A stretch of 62,467 nucleotides of DNA, the filler included, from Platydemus manokwari (Eukaryota), in the NCBI GenBank assembly GCA_037951405.1. It is 6 parts of 6 records of this genome, joined end to end, with 100 filler letters (N's around TTAATTAATTAA, not from the genome) between each part and the next. Parts side by side here need not be neighbours in the genome. Positions count along the whole stretch, not along the records: positions 1 to 10,952 come from JBBMOY011024413.1; positions 11,053 to 21,168 come from JBBMOY011167436.1; 4 more parts are not named here. One strand, given 5' to 3'. Under the pieces are notes generated by a model. It was not told the origin of the DNA, ran no database searches, and worked only from the letters and a program-made list of their open reading frames with translations. Shown piece by piece: positions 1-11,756 of the stretch (position 1 is its first letter; every line of letters starts with the position of its first letter). Made by a program: the position numbers and the translations under genes.

Positions 1-89
1 AATTAAAATTTAAAATAATAATAAGAATTTTAATTGCTAAATTACCGAAAACTCATAATTTTTAACATAATTAAGTAGAGCTTTTAATT

Positions 90-390
90 GATAATAAGAT
101 TTGGTTAAGCTAATAAAAGGGGTTGTAAAATAATTTTTTTATTTATTGAATATATTGAAAAATTCTAAATTACTATTTAATTATATTCTTTAAAATATTT
201 TCAACTTTTATTTCAGTATTTAAGGAGAATAAAAATTGTTTGAAATTAAATATTAAATATACTCTAATTTTAAAATCGCTTAAAACTTGAATTTGTGATA
301 AACGGGTCAAAGTAAATCAATTGCGATTTCTCGAAAATAACCGAGGACACATTTTAAAATTATAAGCAAAATTTTTATAATTATTTCATA
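90..390 (+). repeat. Dispersed AT-rich repeat family (copy 1)
   Basis: Shares tttaattatattcttt-aaaa-atttt-aa-tttt and flanks with about 21020-21168 and 62160-62420, and with the reverse complement of 20730-20945. Confidence 0.6.
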
Positions 391-559
391 AAATTATTAA
401 ATATATAAGGAGTCTATATATAATTTAAAAAATTGTGAAATAGACATATAAGCGCATAAAGATAATATAAAATATAAACTAATAACAAATTAAAATAAAA
501 TAATAACAAAGGAATTTTTCGAACAAACTTATTTAAAATTTTAATAATTATATTACAAA

Positions 560-1765
560 GAATGTTGACAAAGAAATTACGGGCAAGAATAATTTGACTT
601 TATTAGACAAAACCTGCAAATTTAAAGCATTATTTCAACCAGTATCTTTATCCAAGGCCGTTTAAATAGTTTTATACTCAAATTTTAAAATCACTTTCTT
701 TCTAAGTAAATCAGATCATCTTATTTTATATGTATAGATGTATTGGTTATGTCAATTTATGTGGCACGACCTATATCTAAAAATCCTTGATGAATAGGAA
801 ACATGTTGGGGATTTGGGCCAACAAGTTAAAAATTAACAATACACAATTGACAAAATCCTGTGTTCGTATAATCTGTTGTAATCTATAAACAATATTGTA
901 TTATCTGCCTGTTAAAAGTAGTAATTTATATCAGTGTATGGTTAAGCAATGTTTATATCAATGTATAGTGTATTAATTAATATGAATTTTAATTTTTTAT
1001 ACGTAATGATTGTGTTCAAGTCAGCAGAACTAAATTTATCATTTTGGTAATGTCACGATGTATGTTTAGTAACATAGTTTGAATTCTGAATTGTTATATT
1101 TTATGTTTTGGTACATTTATAATTGTATCATTTTTATGTTGTAATAAATTATTCATGATCAAAAAGCGGTTGATTAAAAAACCAATATATTGATAATTAT
1201 AGTGACGTAATAATATTGACAATTTATATATATATATTTTTACAATTATTTGGTATTGGCACAAAAGGGAAATAAAATTATTTCAAAATATTTTAAATAT
1301 CTTCAATAATGAAAATCCAATAGTTAAGGAAAAATATTTAATATTTAATGGGAAATCCGTAAGGAATAGAATTTTATGTAACAAAATAAACCGTTTAAGC
1401 GTAAAAAATAAATTTCGTATAAATAGAAACATCAGAACTTGCCCATTATTCAGTTGAAACCACTAGTTTATTGTCTGTTAGCCCATAATTTATCTCAAAA
1501 CCGCTAGGAAGAATTATTCGATTGCTCGTCAGCAGTATATGTCATTTGCCATTACCAAATAGTAAGTTCGATTGTTATATAAAAAACTGATAAGTATTTA
1601 TCGTACTTATCGTTTAATATTTGACTATAGAGCTGTGCTCACAAAAAACTCTGTTGAAGGTATCATTGGTTTTAATCCAAGAGCAGGATGTATAAACCGC
1701 TTTTTGTCTTGCAATTGTAAGCCAGTCTTTGAACCAACATTTTTATTAAATGTATATTTGTAGCA
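560..1765 (-). mobile_element. Highly decayed Mutator/MULE-like transposase remnant
   Basis: Frameshifted minus-strand reading YKYTFNKNVGSK..YNCKTK..CSWIKTNDTFNRVFCEHS resembles a FLYWCH-type domain; a downstream PKSPTCFLFIKDF segment resembles the MULE C-terminus. Confidence 0.35.
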
Positions 1766-1879
1766 TTAACTTGTAATTTGTTGTTTTATATTTAATAAAC
1801 GTTTAGTACAAAAGGAGTTAAGTTATTGATCGAACATTGTATAATAAATAGTTATAAAATATTGAGACTGATAAAATTA

Positions 1880-2095
1880 GGAAACCCTTTCGATCATTGT
1901 TGCTAATCAATTCTATCATTATATAGTTTTGATTGGAAGATGAAAAAAATAATAACAATAAGGTTTTATAGTTTGTACTTTGCGCTTGATTAGAACTCAT
2001 TTGAGACTGATCAAAACAACGGTGATCCACAATAATCAATAAGAATACATTTGAGACTGACTAAAACAAAAATACCACAAGCCCGAAACACAAAA
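1880..2095 (-). repeat. Dispersed repeat of about 220 bp (second copy at about 35435-35640, + strand)
   Basis: Reverse complement aligns by eye: ttagtcagtctcaaa..attgtggatcac-gttgt-tt-atcagt..atgagt-cta-tcaagc-caaagtacaa-ctataaaacctta. Confidence 0.8.
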
Positions 2096-2691
2096 ATATG
2101 ATAACAATAATAATAATAGTATTAAAGATTGACGGGTTTTTATATTATAATAATAAGTTCAAATTGTAGATGCACAATTTGTAAAAAGATATTGATTAAT
2201 GTCGTAATATGAGAAGGATTTTTTAACGCAAATAATTTCCCAAAATATGGTTACCCTAAATCTCCCTGGACTCCAAACAGATAAGAGGTTGTTGTTGCTA
2301 GAACACTCGGGCGATTATAATGAAAATATTATTGGAAATATAAATAATAATATAATAAAATTCAATAAAAAGCAGTAAAATAAGACAAAATAAAATATAT
2401 TGATAATAAAATTTAATCTAAAAACAATAATTTTAAATAACTCAAGGCGGTGATCGCTATTGCCGGAGGAAGGAGTTGTGTGTCAAGAAAACAGTAAAGG
2501 GCGTACCGCTTATGTGCTCGGGTAAGCCTCTCGTGACAAAAGTTTGAAAGTGGGTAACTTTTAAGTGAGAACATATATGATTTTAAAAGACCTCAAGATT
2601 AACAATAGCCGTGGGTCGAAAAACAATTAAAAATTTACTCGTAGATTGCATAATAGAAATAAAAATATCTTCGGGAGAATCTACGGTGAAC

Positions 2692-2818
2692 AATTGGCAT
2701 ACAATAAATAAATTGGTATACAATAATTAGTTGCTTGTAAAAATTGGCTTCTTGCAAAAATTAGCTTCTTGTACAAATTAGCTTCTTGTGAAAATTAGCT
2801 TCTTGTAAAAATGAGCTT
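2692..2818. repeat. 17-bp tandem minisatellite (AATTAGCTTCTTGTAAA) x about 5.5
   Basis: Units aattagttgcttgtaaa / aattggcttcttgcaaa / aattagcttcttgtaca / aattagcttcttgtgaa / aattagcttcttgtaaa, preceded by two aattgg-atacaataa units. Confidence 0.85.
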
Positions 2819-3279
2819 AATATCGTAAGTGTGAATAGTCGAAATTATGCGACAACTGTGGGTTGATCGCTGCTTATATACTTGTCTGACTGCTTTGTTT
2901 GCAACGTCAGATATTTTCTCTACATCTGTTACTATTATTAGCAACACTTACACGTCAGTTCCAAAAATAGTAACAACCCACAAATTTAGTAGATAAAGAA
3001 TTTAAATTGGGGTAGTTTATTTCTAGAACTGACTTAGTTGCTAAAAAAAGATTTGCTGATCGTTTAATAATTTATCTATTAGGAGCAGTCAAACAAATAT
3101 AATATTTGATTTATTAAAACATATTTTTCTTTAAATAATTTTTTCTGATACTTTATAATTTTTCCCCTTATTGTTTTCTTAAATTGGGACTTAATTTGAA
3201 CAAAATTTTTTATATCTATTTATATTTATATTTTTAGTTAATTTGGTTGATCAAAATGGCTTGGTTAGTTCCCCACAAT

Positions 3280-3418
3280 AGTAAATAATAATAATAAAAA
3301 TAAAAATAATAAATATAGTGATAATAATAGTAACGGCAATAACGATAAAAATAATAATAATAATTACAATAATAATAATAATAATAACAATCACCGTAAT
3401 AATAATAATAATAATAAA
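3280..3418. repeat. Degenerate (AAT)n microsatellite
   Basis: Runs of ataataata; explains the spurious poly-Tyr ORF 3234..3425. Confidence 0.85.
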
Positions 3419-6056
3419 AGTACAATTCATGAAGATAAAATAAGATATTTAGTTTTATTTGATCTGAAAGAAAGAAACCAGATCAAAACAACAAAGGAAA
3501 TAAAAATAGTAGCAGAGAATATTTCATTATATATGTTTTACCTGAACAGATAAAGGCATATGATAAATGAAAATAAATATCGTAGCGGCCATTATGCACC
3601 AAATGGCACCAGCAAAAATACTATATAAGAACACGATAATTTAGTCAAATCACACTCACACATTTAAAGACGAAACAAAACCGATATTCGAATTCGACGA
3701 TTGCGATTATTAGTATTCTTCGACAGCCAAGATTATTCGCAAGTGCAGGTTTATTAGTTAATTTATTGCATTGTATACATAATCATTAATTTAATTAAAT
3801 TAATCAGTTTAGTTTGTGTCGTCGCTCCTGTTAATGGCTCTCCAGTACCCGGTACTTTGGATATCAAGCAGCTATCTACTTGCGTAGTGTGATTGTTTTC
3901 GTTTGACAATTGTATTTTCATTCTTCCTAAATAAATATTTCAATAAATTAATTCGACATTTTAATTCTAGCATCATCAATAATCGTTAACTTATTATCTT
4001 CACATTATAGTTCACCAACTGATTGCAACCGGACATTGGAATCCTTGTTGGCCACGATTAATAGTATTTTGGGTTTATCATTTAAACCGTTAGACAGTCT
4101 AATTTATAATTCTAATAGCTCCGTCATCATACGAGTTATTGAAACCTCATAAGAGCCAGGTCAAAATAAATGATCAACCCATACCTAATGATATATTTAA
4201 TATATACATTGATAATACTATACACTGACAATTAAGGAAGGACTTAGAAATTACACGGGTTTAAGGTCAAGATTTGAGACAGGAATAAATCTCAAAAGTT
4301 TCACAATAAATCATAAAACTTAAAATTATTTACATATAACTGTGGTCGAACCTCTCATTAATGTTCACTCTTTTGTGTAGTTCCCAACATCCCGATGACC
4401 CGATTATTGCTTCATTGGGGATTGTCTTGATTCTCTCTGTCTTTTCGAAAATTGACTCAAATAAGTTATTGAAAATTCACGACTGCAAGAACTAAATTAA
4501 ACCTTTGTTAAAAATATATTATGTGTTCAAAAGGAGAATTCTTTTGGCATTTGATTTATTTAGCGAACTTTACTTATTTTATTTTACACACTCACACACA
4601 CATATACATATTCATCGTTGGATATAAGCTAACAATATAACCTCAATATTATAATTTAAACTACAATATCATAAGCTCTGTTTATCAACATGTACGGTCA
4701 TAATCGTGTCACAATTCAATAATAAATTATCACATAAGACGGAATCAGCACTCAAAAGTAAAACGAAGAATAGAAGACAACAAAAAAAAGACTGGCTGTC
4801 GAAAATCACCCAAAAGTCAAAGACCAGAATACAGGTTACTGACCAAAAGAACTGGCAGTTGCTCACGGAATCCAGCCTCTTTTATAGATCTATTGTGTGT
4901 ATCCATTTGATGTTACGAAGCTTCGTTTTTCATTTGTTAAATTTGTCCGTACATAGATATGCTAGTAATTTCCCTTACATCTCTTGTGCCATTGGTAGAT
5001 ACCTGTGTTTGTTTCCATTTGTTTGCATACCACAATCGATTATTAACTTTTAAATACTAGATAGATACCAAAATTTAATTCCTACTCATCATCGTTATAA
5101 ATATAATGTTGTCCTACGACAGTGTATTAAGCAGTCTCTTGAAGTGGCACTGATATTCGTTTGTCATGAAAGCATAATTCTGATCAAGTCTGCATGTAAT
5201 TTAACAGCTGGGAATAAATACCGACTATTTAAGCCATGTATTAAGAAAACAGTTAAAAACTTTTGATTTTGAGCTCTTGATATAAGAAGTTTTTTATCGT
5301 TTCGAATTGTTTTATCGATATTAATTTGTGAAAAAAGGTCTTCAAAATCGTTTCCTTATTTAATCTTTTATTTTATGGTTTTAAACAAATCTTAAGAAAA
5401 ACTAACAAAATCTTAATCTGAAAGCCAGTTCGTATGCTGATATCATATAAGCATATATTCATGGATTGATATTCATTTCCTAATTTATTTATTCTGCTTA
5501 TTTATAGAGCCAGTGAAAATTGTAATTGATAATTCGGTGGACAAAAGATTCAATTGTCATTCCTGTACAGGAGAAATAAACTCCAGAAATGTTATTTTAA
5601 TATCTAAGAAATTGTCAAGAAGACATTAAGGATGTCATATTGAATACCATTTTCGACATTGCTTCATTTCCAGATTTACTGGATCTAATTATTAATATAA
5701 TATTAATTAAAATTATGATGAAACCAATATTCCAGTCATTTAAGAATAATAAATCGATAATAAATTATATTTAAAAATTAAAATACCTTGTGATCGATAT
5801 TCAATAATATTATAGATACAGTTATTATATATACGTCTTATTATTATTATTATCATTGATATTCAACAATATCTAATAACAAAAATATCATTATAATTAA
5901 TGGTATCGCGCAATTATCATTGTCATATCAAATTTATGATGGGATAAACCAAATGTCAAATCATGGCAACATTATTCTATAATCGATTTGATGAAATGAA
6001 ACCTCAAAAAATGATTACATCATCACGACCACTCATCTCAACACTATATTTGCTAC

Positions 6057-7176
6057 TCAACCATGAGAAATAGAATTACTATTATGTATATTGCGAACAT
6101 GTCGTTGCATATTGGATGAAATACTGAATGATCTTTCGCAATACGGGCAATGATAAGGCTGTTCACCGGTGTGCGTCCTCAAATGTCGATTCAGATTCGC
6201 CGCTCTGGGGAATATTTTACCACAAACCGTACACGGATGTTGGGATTTTAACTTTTTCAAAATCGATGATGAGTTGGTTGGGAATTTTCCTGATGAACAT
6301 TGAGCTGCTGTTTTGGGATTGGAGAAAGGTTCATTTCGAGCAACAGGTTTGGAATATGACTTCACACCACCGTAATTGAAGATTTGTTGATTGACTGAAG
6401 AATTCAGATATGATGGAAATATTCCAGGTGGGAATATGTCTAGCTCATTCTGGTACCGTTTCAGAAACGACGACAGAGGGGGCAGAATATTGACGTTGGA
6501 ATTAATCAATGTCGATATGCTTTGCAAGGACATGGGAGACAATAAAATGCTTTTGTACGTACTAAAGTCGAAACTAGGGCGAAATAAACTTTTTGAATAT
6601 CTCAAGTGATTGCAGAAGTGATGAAAAAGAGATGGAAAAGGTTTAAGAGGTATAGGAAAGAGGAAATAAGGTTTTTCTAGGTTTGTATGAACGACTTCAT
6701 TAGCTTTCTCATCCGATTCGTTGAAAAGATTTTCAATATGGAATCGAAAACTTGGAGTTGAAGTAGAGGATATTTGCGGTTTGGTGACGTTAACTTCTTG
6801 AGGAGGAGGTAGTTTGTATCCGTCTTGCTTGAATTTCTGACGATATAAAGGCAAATGATTGAAGCAGCTGGTAGGACTATTTATTTGATCAGCTGAGCTA
6901 TCGAAACAAGGTTTTCTTTTACATCGTTTATGCATTCTTTTGTGTCGACAAAGATTGGAGAATTGCGTGTATGCCTTGTGACAGACCTTAATCAATATTG
7001 ATAAAGGTTGTGTGTGTTTTATGATTGAAAATCGTTACCTGACATCGAAACGGTTTGAATGATGCATGGATATGCATGTGTTGTTTTAGACCTGAAATCG
7101 AGGTGAAACATTTCGAGCATAAAGGGCATGTGTTTGCGCTGAGCAGGTGATCCTTGGTGAGTTGATTTGATTTCAT
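6057..7176 (-). CDS. EVI1/MECOM-PRDM16 (EGL-43/Hamlet family) C2H2 zinc-finger transcription factor; exons 7176-7039 and 6986-6057, about 355 aa; further 5' exons possible
   Basis: A 52-nt GT-AG intron (7038-6987) joins FRCQ|[52 protein letters not shown] and [45 protein letters not shown] are family-diagnostic fingers. Confidence 0.93.
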
Positions 7177-8984
7177 AGATCTAGATAAATGATTTTTTAT
7201 CGTTGATAGCAAAAATAAAAAACTTTAATAAATAATCGATAAATTCTTATAAAGCATTCTAACAATGCAAAACACGTGGTCAGTTAAAGTCGAAAATAAA
7301 TAATGAGTATCATTATAAATAAGCTACAAATTGAGGTATCGTCATAGATTTATCATTTCTTACAAATATCTTTCAACGGATTCAAAAAATAAATGCTAAT
7401 AAAAATTTCTTACTGAATTTCGAGAAAAATATTTGAAGAGACTGTTTGAGACTAAATGGGGAAAAGAATCGTTAAATGGTGGATTTATCTGAAAACATAA
7501 CGTTTCTATTGGATACGCTTATTTTTCATCATTGTCATTGGATGAGAAATTGTTTCCAGATGGCATCATGCATATAAGGATGACTGATTCGAGATGTTGA
7601 GATAAGGCTTTTTGTAATAATAATAGAAAAAATATCCCCAGTAAATGGGATGCTCCTCTGGCATAATTAGAGGAGTGGGAGTTTTTTGATTATTTTTTCT
7701 AACGGTTTTCAATGATAATCATCGATTATTTATCTCATATTTATCTAAATTAAATCTTCTCCTTTAATTTCATATCTCGGATTCTCTTCATTCTAAAAAT
7801 ATTAATAATAATATTAATAATAATAATACTGATAATAATGATTGAAATATTAGTACATGTGACGTTAATAATAATATTAATTATTATTATATTAATAATG
7901 ATAAATATTACTCGTATTGATTAAAATAATAATAATTATTATTATTTTGTCAAGTTATTTATTTATATTAGAATGAAGATAGTGCCATAGTTATCAGTAG
8001 GATATCATTTATTATCGGGATATTATCATCGCACTATTGATTCTGACAATAAAATCGGTATTGTCACTGATGAAAAATGGTTCCCAAATATTGGAAACTC
8101 TTAAAGAAATTCTGATATAATTTTTACCAACACATGAAAATCGTGAGCTAGAGTGCCTCATTAAGTCTGAAACGTCATTACTTGGCCTAACAGGCCAATA
8201 GATATTATTAAAATCACAATAAAATACAAGCTAAAAATAAAAAATTTCCTTCAATCTCAATCTTATGCCAACATTTGATCCTTATATTTATTTCAGCGAT
8301 TAAGCTCGTCATATCTGTTTGAATTCGAGTCGCTTGTTATCTTGAACTCCACAACGTTTTGATCCAACAAACTCGATCTCAATTTCAATTGATCGAAAAT
8401 GGTCTCATTAATCTCTATCTGCAAAAGAGTTTATATCCAACTCGTGCTTTTCAAATCGTTGTCTTTTATCTTGGACATGATTGCGTAACAAAAACACATT
8501 TTTCCTAACAACCAAGAGCGATGTGGCTTTCGAATAGTATCCATGGTAAATTAAGCATTGGCATGGTTGATACGAGCAGCTTGAATGAATTACATTTTAA
8601 CCGCCTTTCAACACAGAAAAATGTCAATAAAAATCTAATAAGCCAGAATTGAATATTTATCGATAACGTATAACAATTTAATATCAATGAGTCATCGCTA
8701 TAATACAGTGTGTGTGTGCGTGTGTGTTTAAGCGCTATTAATAATCGAGATATTTCCCGATAAATTAATATATTAATTTATTTGTTAGTCTAATTTTTAT
8801 TAAATATGTTAATGATTGATTTGTTTATTATAATAAATCAATATTGATTAATATAAGTAAATATTTCATTGATTAGTTCGTCAAACAATAAGATTTTCAT
8901 TAATTAATCTATTATTAATTAAATTTAATTAATTAATTAATTCAACTATAATAATTCCAATAATGAGAATTTTAATTAATTAAT

Positions 8985-9006
8985 TCTCTCTCTCTCTCTC
9001 TCTCTC
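8985..9006. repeat. (CT)n microsatellite
   Basis: tctctc run. Confidence 0.9.
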
Positions 9007-10875
9007 ATAGCCATTGATGAAATCATTTCACCAAAGACCGACCCTCGAAAACAAATGAAAATCTAACACCAAAAAATTAATAAAAGAAAAAATTTTCGAA
9101 AAAAAAAATCTCTAAAAACTGCTCAAAAGTCGAGTGTTAATAATTCTGTCAAACTGTCGGCGGCATATCGAGATGAGAAATAACACCGGCCTATCTGACT
9201 CTTCCAATCATCAGATGAGATGGAGATTTCAATTTCAGGGTTGAAGAATTCGGGCCGATGTTTATTGTCAATTTTTGATGAAGTATTTTCATTAATGTTC
9301 ACCCGAATGGTTATCTCTCGACCAATGTCATTCTGTGCGGTCACAGTTGACAAGTTGATGATAACTGCTACGAGATTATTATGTTGCTCTGTTTTTTGGC
9401 TTCATCGACTAGAACTTGTGAATTCCATTTGCAATAAACATTCCATTCGCTACATAAAATATGATCGCGTTTTCTGCTTCTTTCTTTTTTGTCAAATAAT
9501 TACCACAATGCCTTTCTTCGATAATTCCCTGCTGACTCTTCTGGAAAAATTACTTTTTCTTCTCCATCAATAATTGACCATCCAACACATTTTATGTTCG
9601 AATATAAACATCTTTAATAAATGAAATTTTTTATATTTATTTATATTTTTATTTTTTTAATTTTTTAATTTTTTAAATTGAAAATTTTAAAATTTCCTAT
9701 TTTAAAAATCTGATATTGATTTGATATTGTTACCGTTTGTGAAATAAGATTTTTCATTTGATTTCACTGTGGGGATAATGAGCTATCTGAGATTAATAAT
9801 GTCCCGCTCCACCTCCAACCAATACATATTTACTTTTATATTTATATTTATATAATCATAATATGAATCTTTTTTCTTTATTATTATTGATCATTTCGAT
9901 GATAAAATAATAAAGTTATCTGATTTGTAAAAGACTCCTTAGTAGAATTGAGAATTCGATCGCATTGGACGAAACGTAGAGAGAATGTATTTATCTCAGT
10001 GATGTCAAGCCTAAAAGTGGGAGAACTTTTTCAAGATGACATCAGCCACCCTTGATGATGAAGAGCTGAAAGAAGAAGCGCATTTGAAGTAGATCGAATA
10101 CTCATCTGACAAATCATCATTAATTGTACCAGTAGCTTTGCAATCTTGATTTATATTAGATTAACAATGATACTAATTGATGTCGACAGGAATGATTTTC
10201 TGCAAATTGCAGCTTCATTTAGTCGTTAATCATAAATGCTGCCAATGTGAGCCAATTCCCAATCAAGTGCGTGTCGAGAAACGGAACCGATCAAACACAA
10301 ATGGACGGAAACAAGTTAATTTCACTTTTTTTCTATCGAAGTGTCAGATAAATCTCTCGAGGAGGTCCGTGTTGGGCTGGTCATGCATATCTGATCTTAT
10401 GATCCAATTGATCCGGAAAACAGGATGTCTCAATTTAATTGTGAGATACTGGCGATATTTGTATCAAACCGAAGAGATTTCAATTGCTCGTGATCTTTGG
10501 GGCAGTTTAAAATGGCTGAGAGATTCAAATATTTCTTTTTTACTTTTATTTTGTAGAAAAGATCACATCAAAATAATTTGATTTCATAATTATACCATCT
10601 CGCATTATAAGGCATTGCATCATTTGTCAACAACATCGCCGTAAGATAATAAAACCAAACATGGGTTGTTTTGAGTTATTCTGATCTACTCTGATCTGAA
10701 ATTTGAAAAAATTTCTTTCCTGGTTCGTTGGTTGGGGATAATCGAGAATTCTGCATTATTTCTATGATCTATCTGATTCTGAAATTTGAGAGATGATTTG
10801 GTTAGAACCAGAAATTCTAGCTCTACGAAATCAAATTTAAAACAATCTTTATCTTTTCAGGGAATTATTGTCTAA

Positions 10876-10885
10876 ATTATTATTA

Positions 10886-10929
<44 letters not shown>

Positions 10930-10952
10930 ATTATTATTATTATTATTATTAT
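10876..10952. repeat. (ATT)n microsatellite at contig end
   Basis: About 25 ATT units ending at the spacer. Confidence 0.92.
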
Positions 10953-11052
10953 NNNNNNNNNNNNNNNNNNNNNNNNNNNNNNNNNNNNNNNNNNNNTTAA
11001 TTAATTAANNNNNNNNNNNNNNNNNNNNNNNNNNNNNNNNNNNNNNNNNNNN
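10953..11052. other. Artificial contig spacer N44-TTAATTAATTAA-N44
   Basis: 100-bp spacer, identical in all five occurrences; the TTAATTAATTAA core gives stops in all six frames. Confidence 0.98.
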
Positions 11053-11083
11053 TTAATTTGTATTTTCGGAAATTTCCCTTCAG

Positions 11084-11350
11084 CTCAACTACAACCCAAA
11101 TAGCACGAGAGTAACAATTTTCAGAAACAATGAAGGAAAGCTTTTAATAAAAAACGATTTCGGAATCTGGAACATTGAAGAGGTGGAAGAATCGAATCAA
11201 AGAACTCTTATTGGTTCTATTTTAGGAACAGTGTTTATCATGTTGATCGTTTGTTTGGTTTTGATATTCGTCCAGAGACGATATTACAAACGAAAATTTG
11301 CGAAACTTCAATATTTGAACATATATTCAAGTGATAATGATTCGGCCTAA
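11084..11350 (+). CDS. Terminal exon of a single-pass membrane protein (5' exons outside contig)
   Basis: Acceptor ttcccttcag followed by an 89-codon open frame LNYNPNSTRVTIF...RTLIGSILGTVFIMLIVCLVLIFVQRRYYKRKFAK...SA*: a TM helix followed by a basic stop-transfer segment. Confidence 0.7.
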   Translation, partial: LNYNPNSTRVTIFRNNEGKLLIKNDFGIWNIEEVEESNQRTLIGSILGTVFIMLIVCLVLIFVQRRYYKRKFAKLQYLNIYSSDNDSA

Positions 11351-11756
11351 TTTTATGGCATTACATTAAAATGATCATTATAAACCTGTATTTTATGTTT
11401 CATGTGTATACAATTGTTATATCTTGTGATTTCGGTTTTTTATTACTACGATTGTTGTCATTTTTACATTCGAATCTTATTTACAATGTCTGTGTTTAAT
11501 CATTGTTTGAAGTTCTGATTACCTTCCGATAGTAATAGATATCCTGTATTGGATTTTATTTCGCCTCAACCACTATAACTTTCGTGTGAAGAGGCGATAA
11601 ATGACATTGGACATTTCTTGTTAATATTTTTAGCAATGTATGACAATACGTATGAAATGTGATTTAATTTTTATTTATTTTTTATATCTTGACAACTCGC
11701 AACATTTTAGTGCAAACCAATTTAAAATATTGTTATTTATAATAATAATTACTTAC

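Noticed and set aside
2040-2095. Hammerhead ribozyme (CTGA...CGAAAC)
   Set aside because: The core reads CTGACTA rather than CTGANGA, and no stem II pairing is evident in either copy.
2692-2818. CRISPR-like array
   Set aside because: Units are contiguous with no unique spacers, the context is eukaryotic and there are no cas genes; it is a minisatellite.
3234-3425. Poly-Tyr ORF
   Set aside because: Translation of an (AAT)n microsatellite.
4085-4130. Possible spliced-leader RNA gene (ccgttagacagtct resembles my recollection of the planarian SL 5' end)
   Set aside because: The match is only about 14 nt, with no ATG|GT leader end or Sm site downstream.
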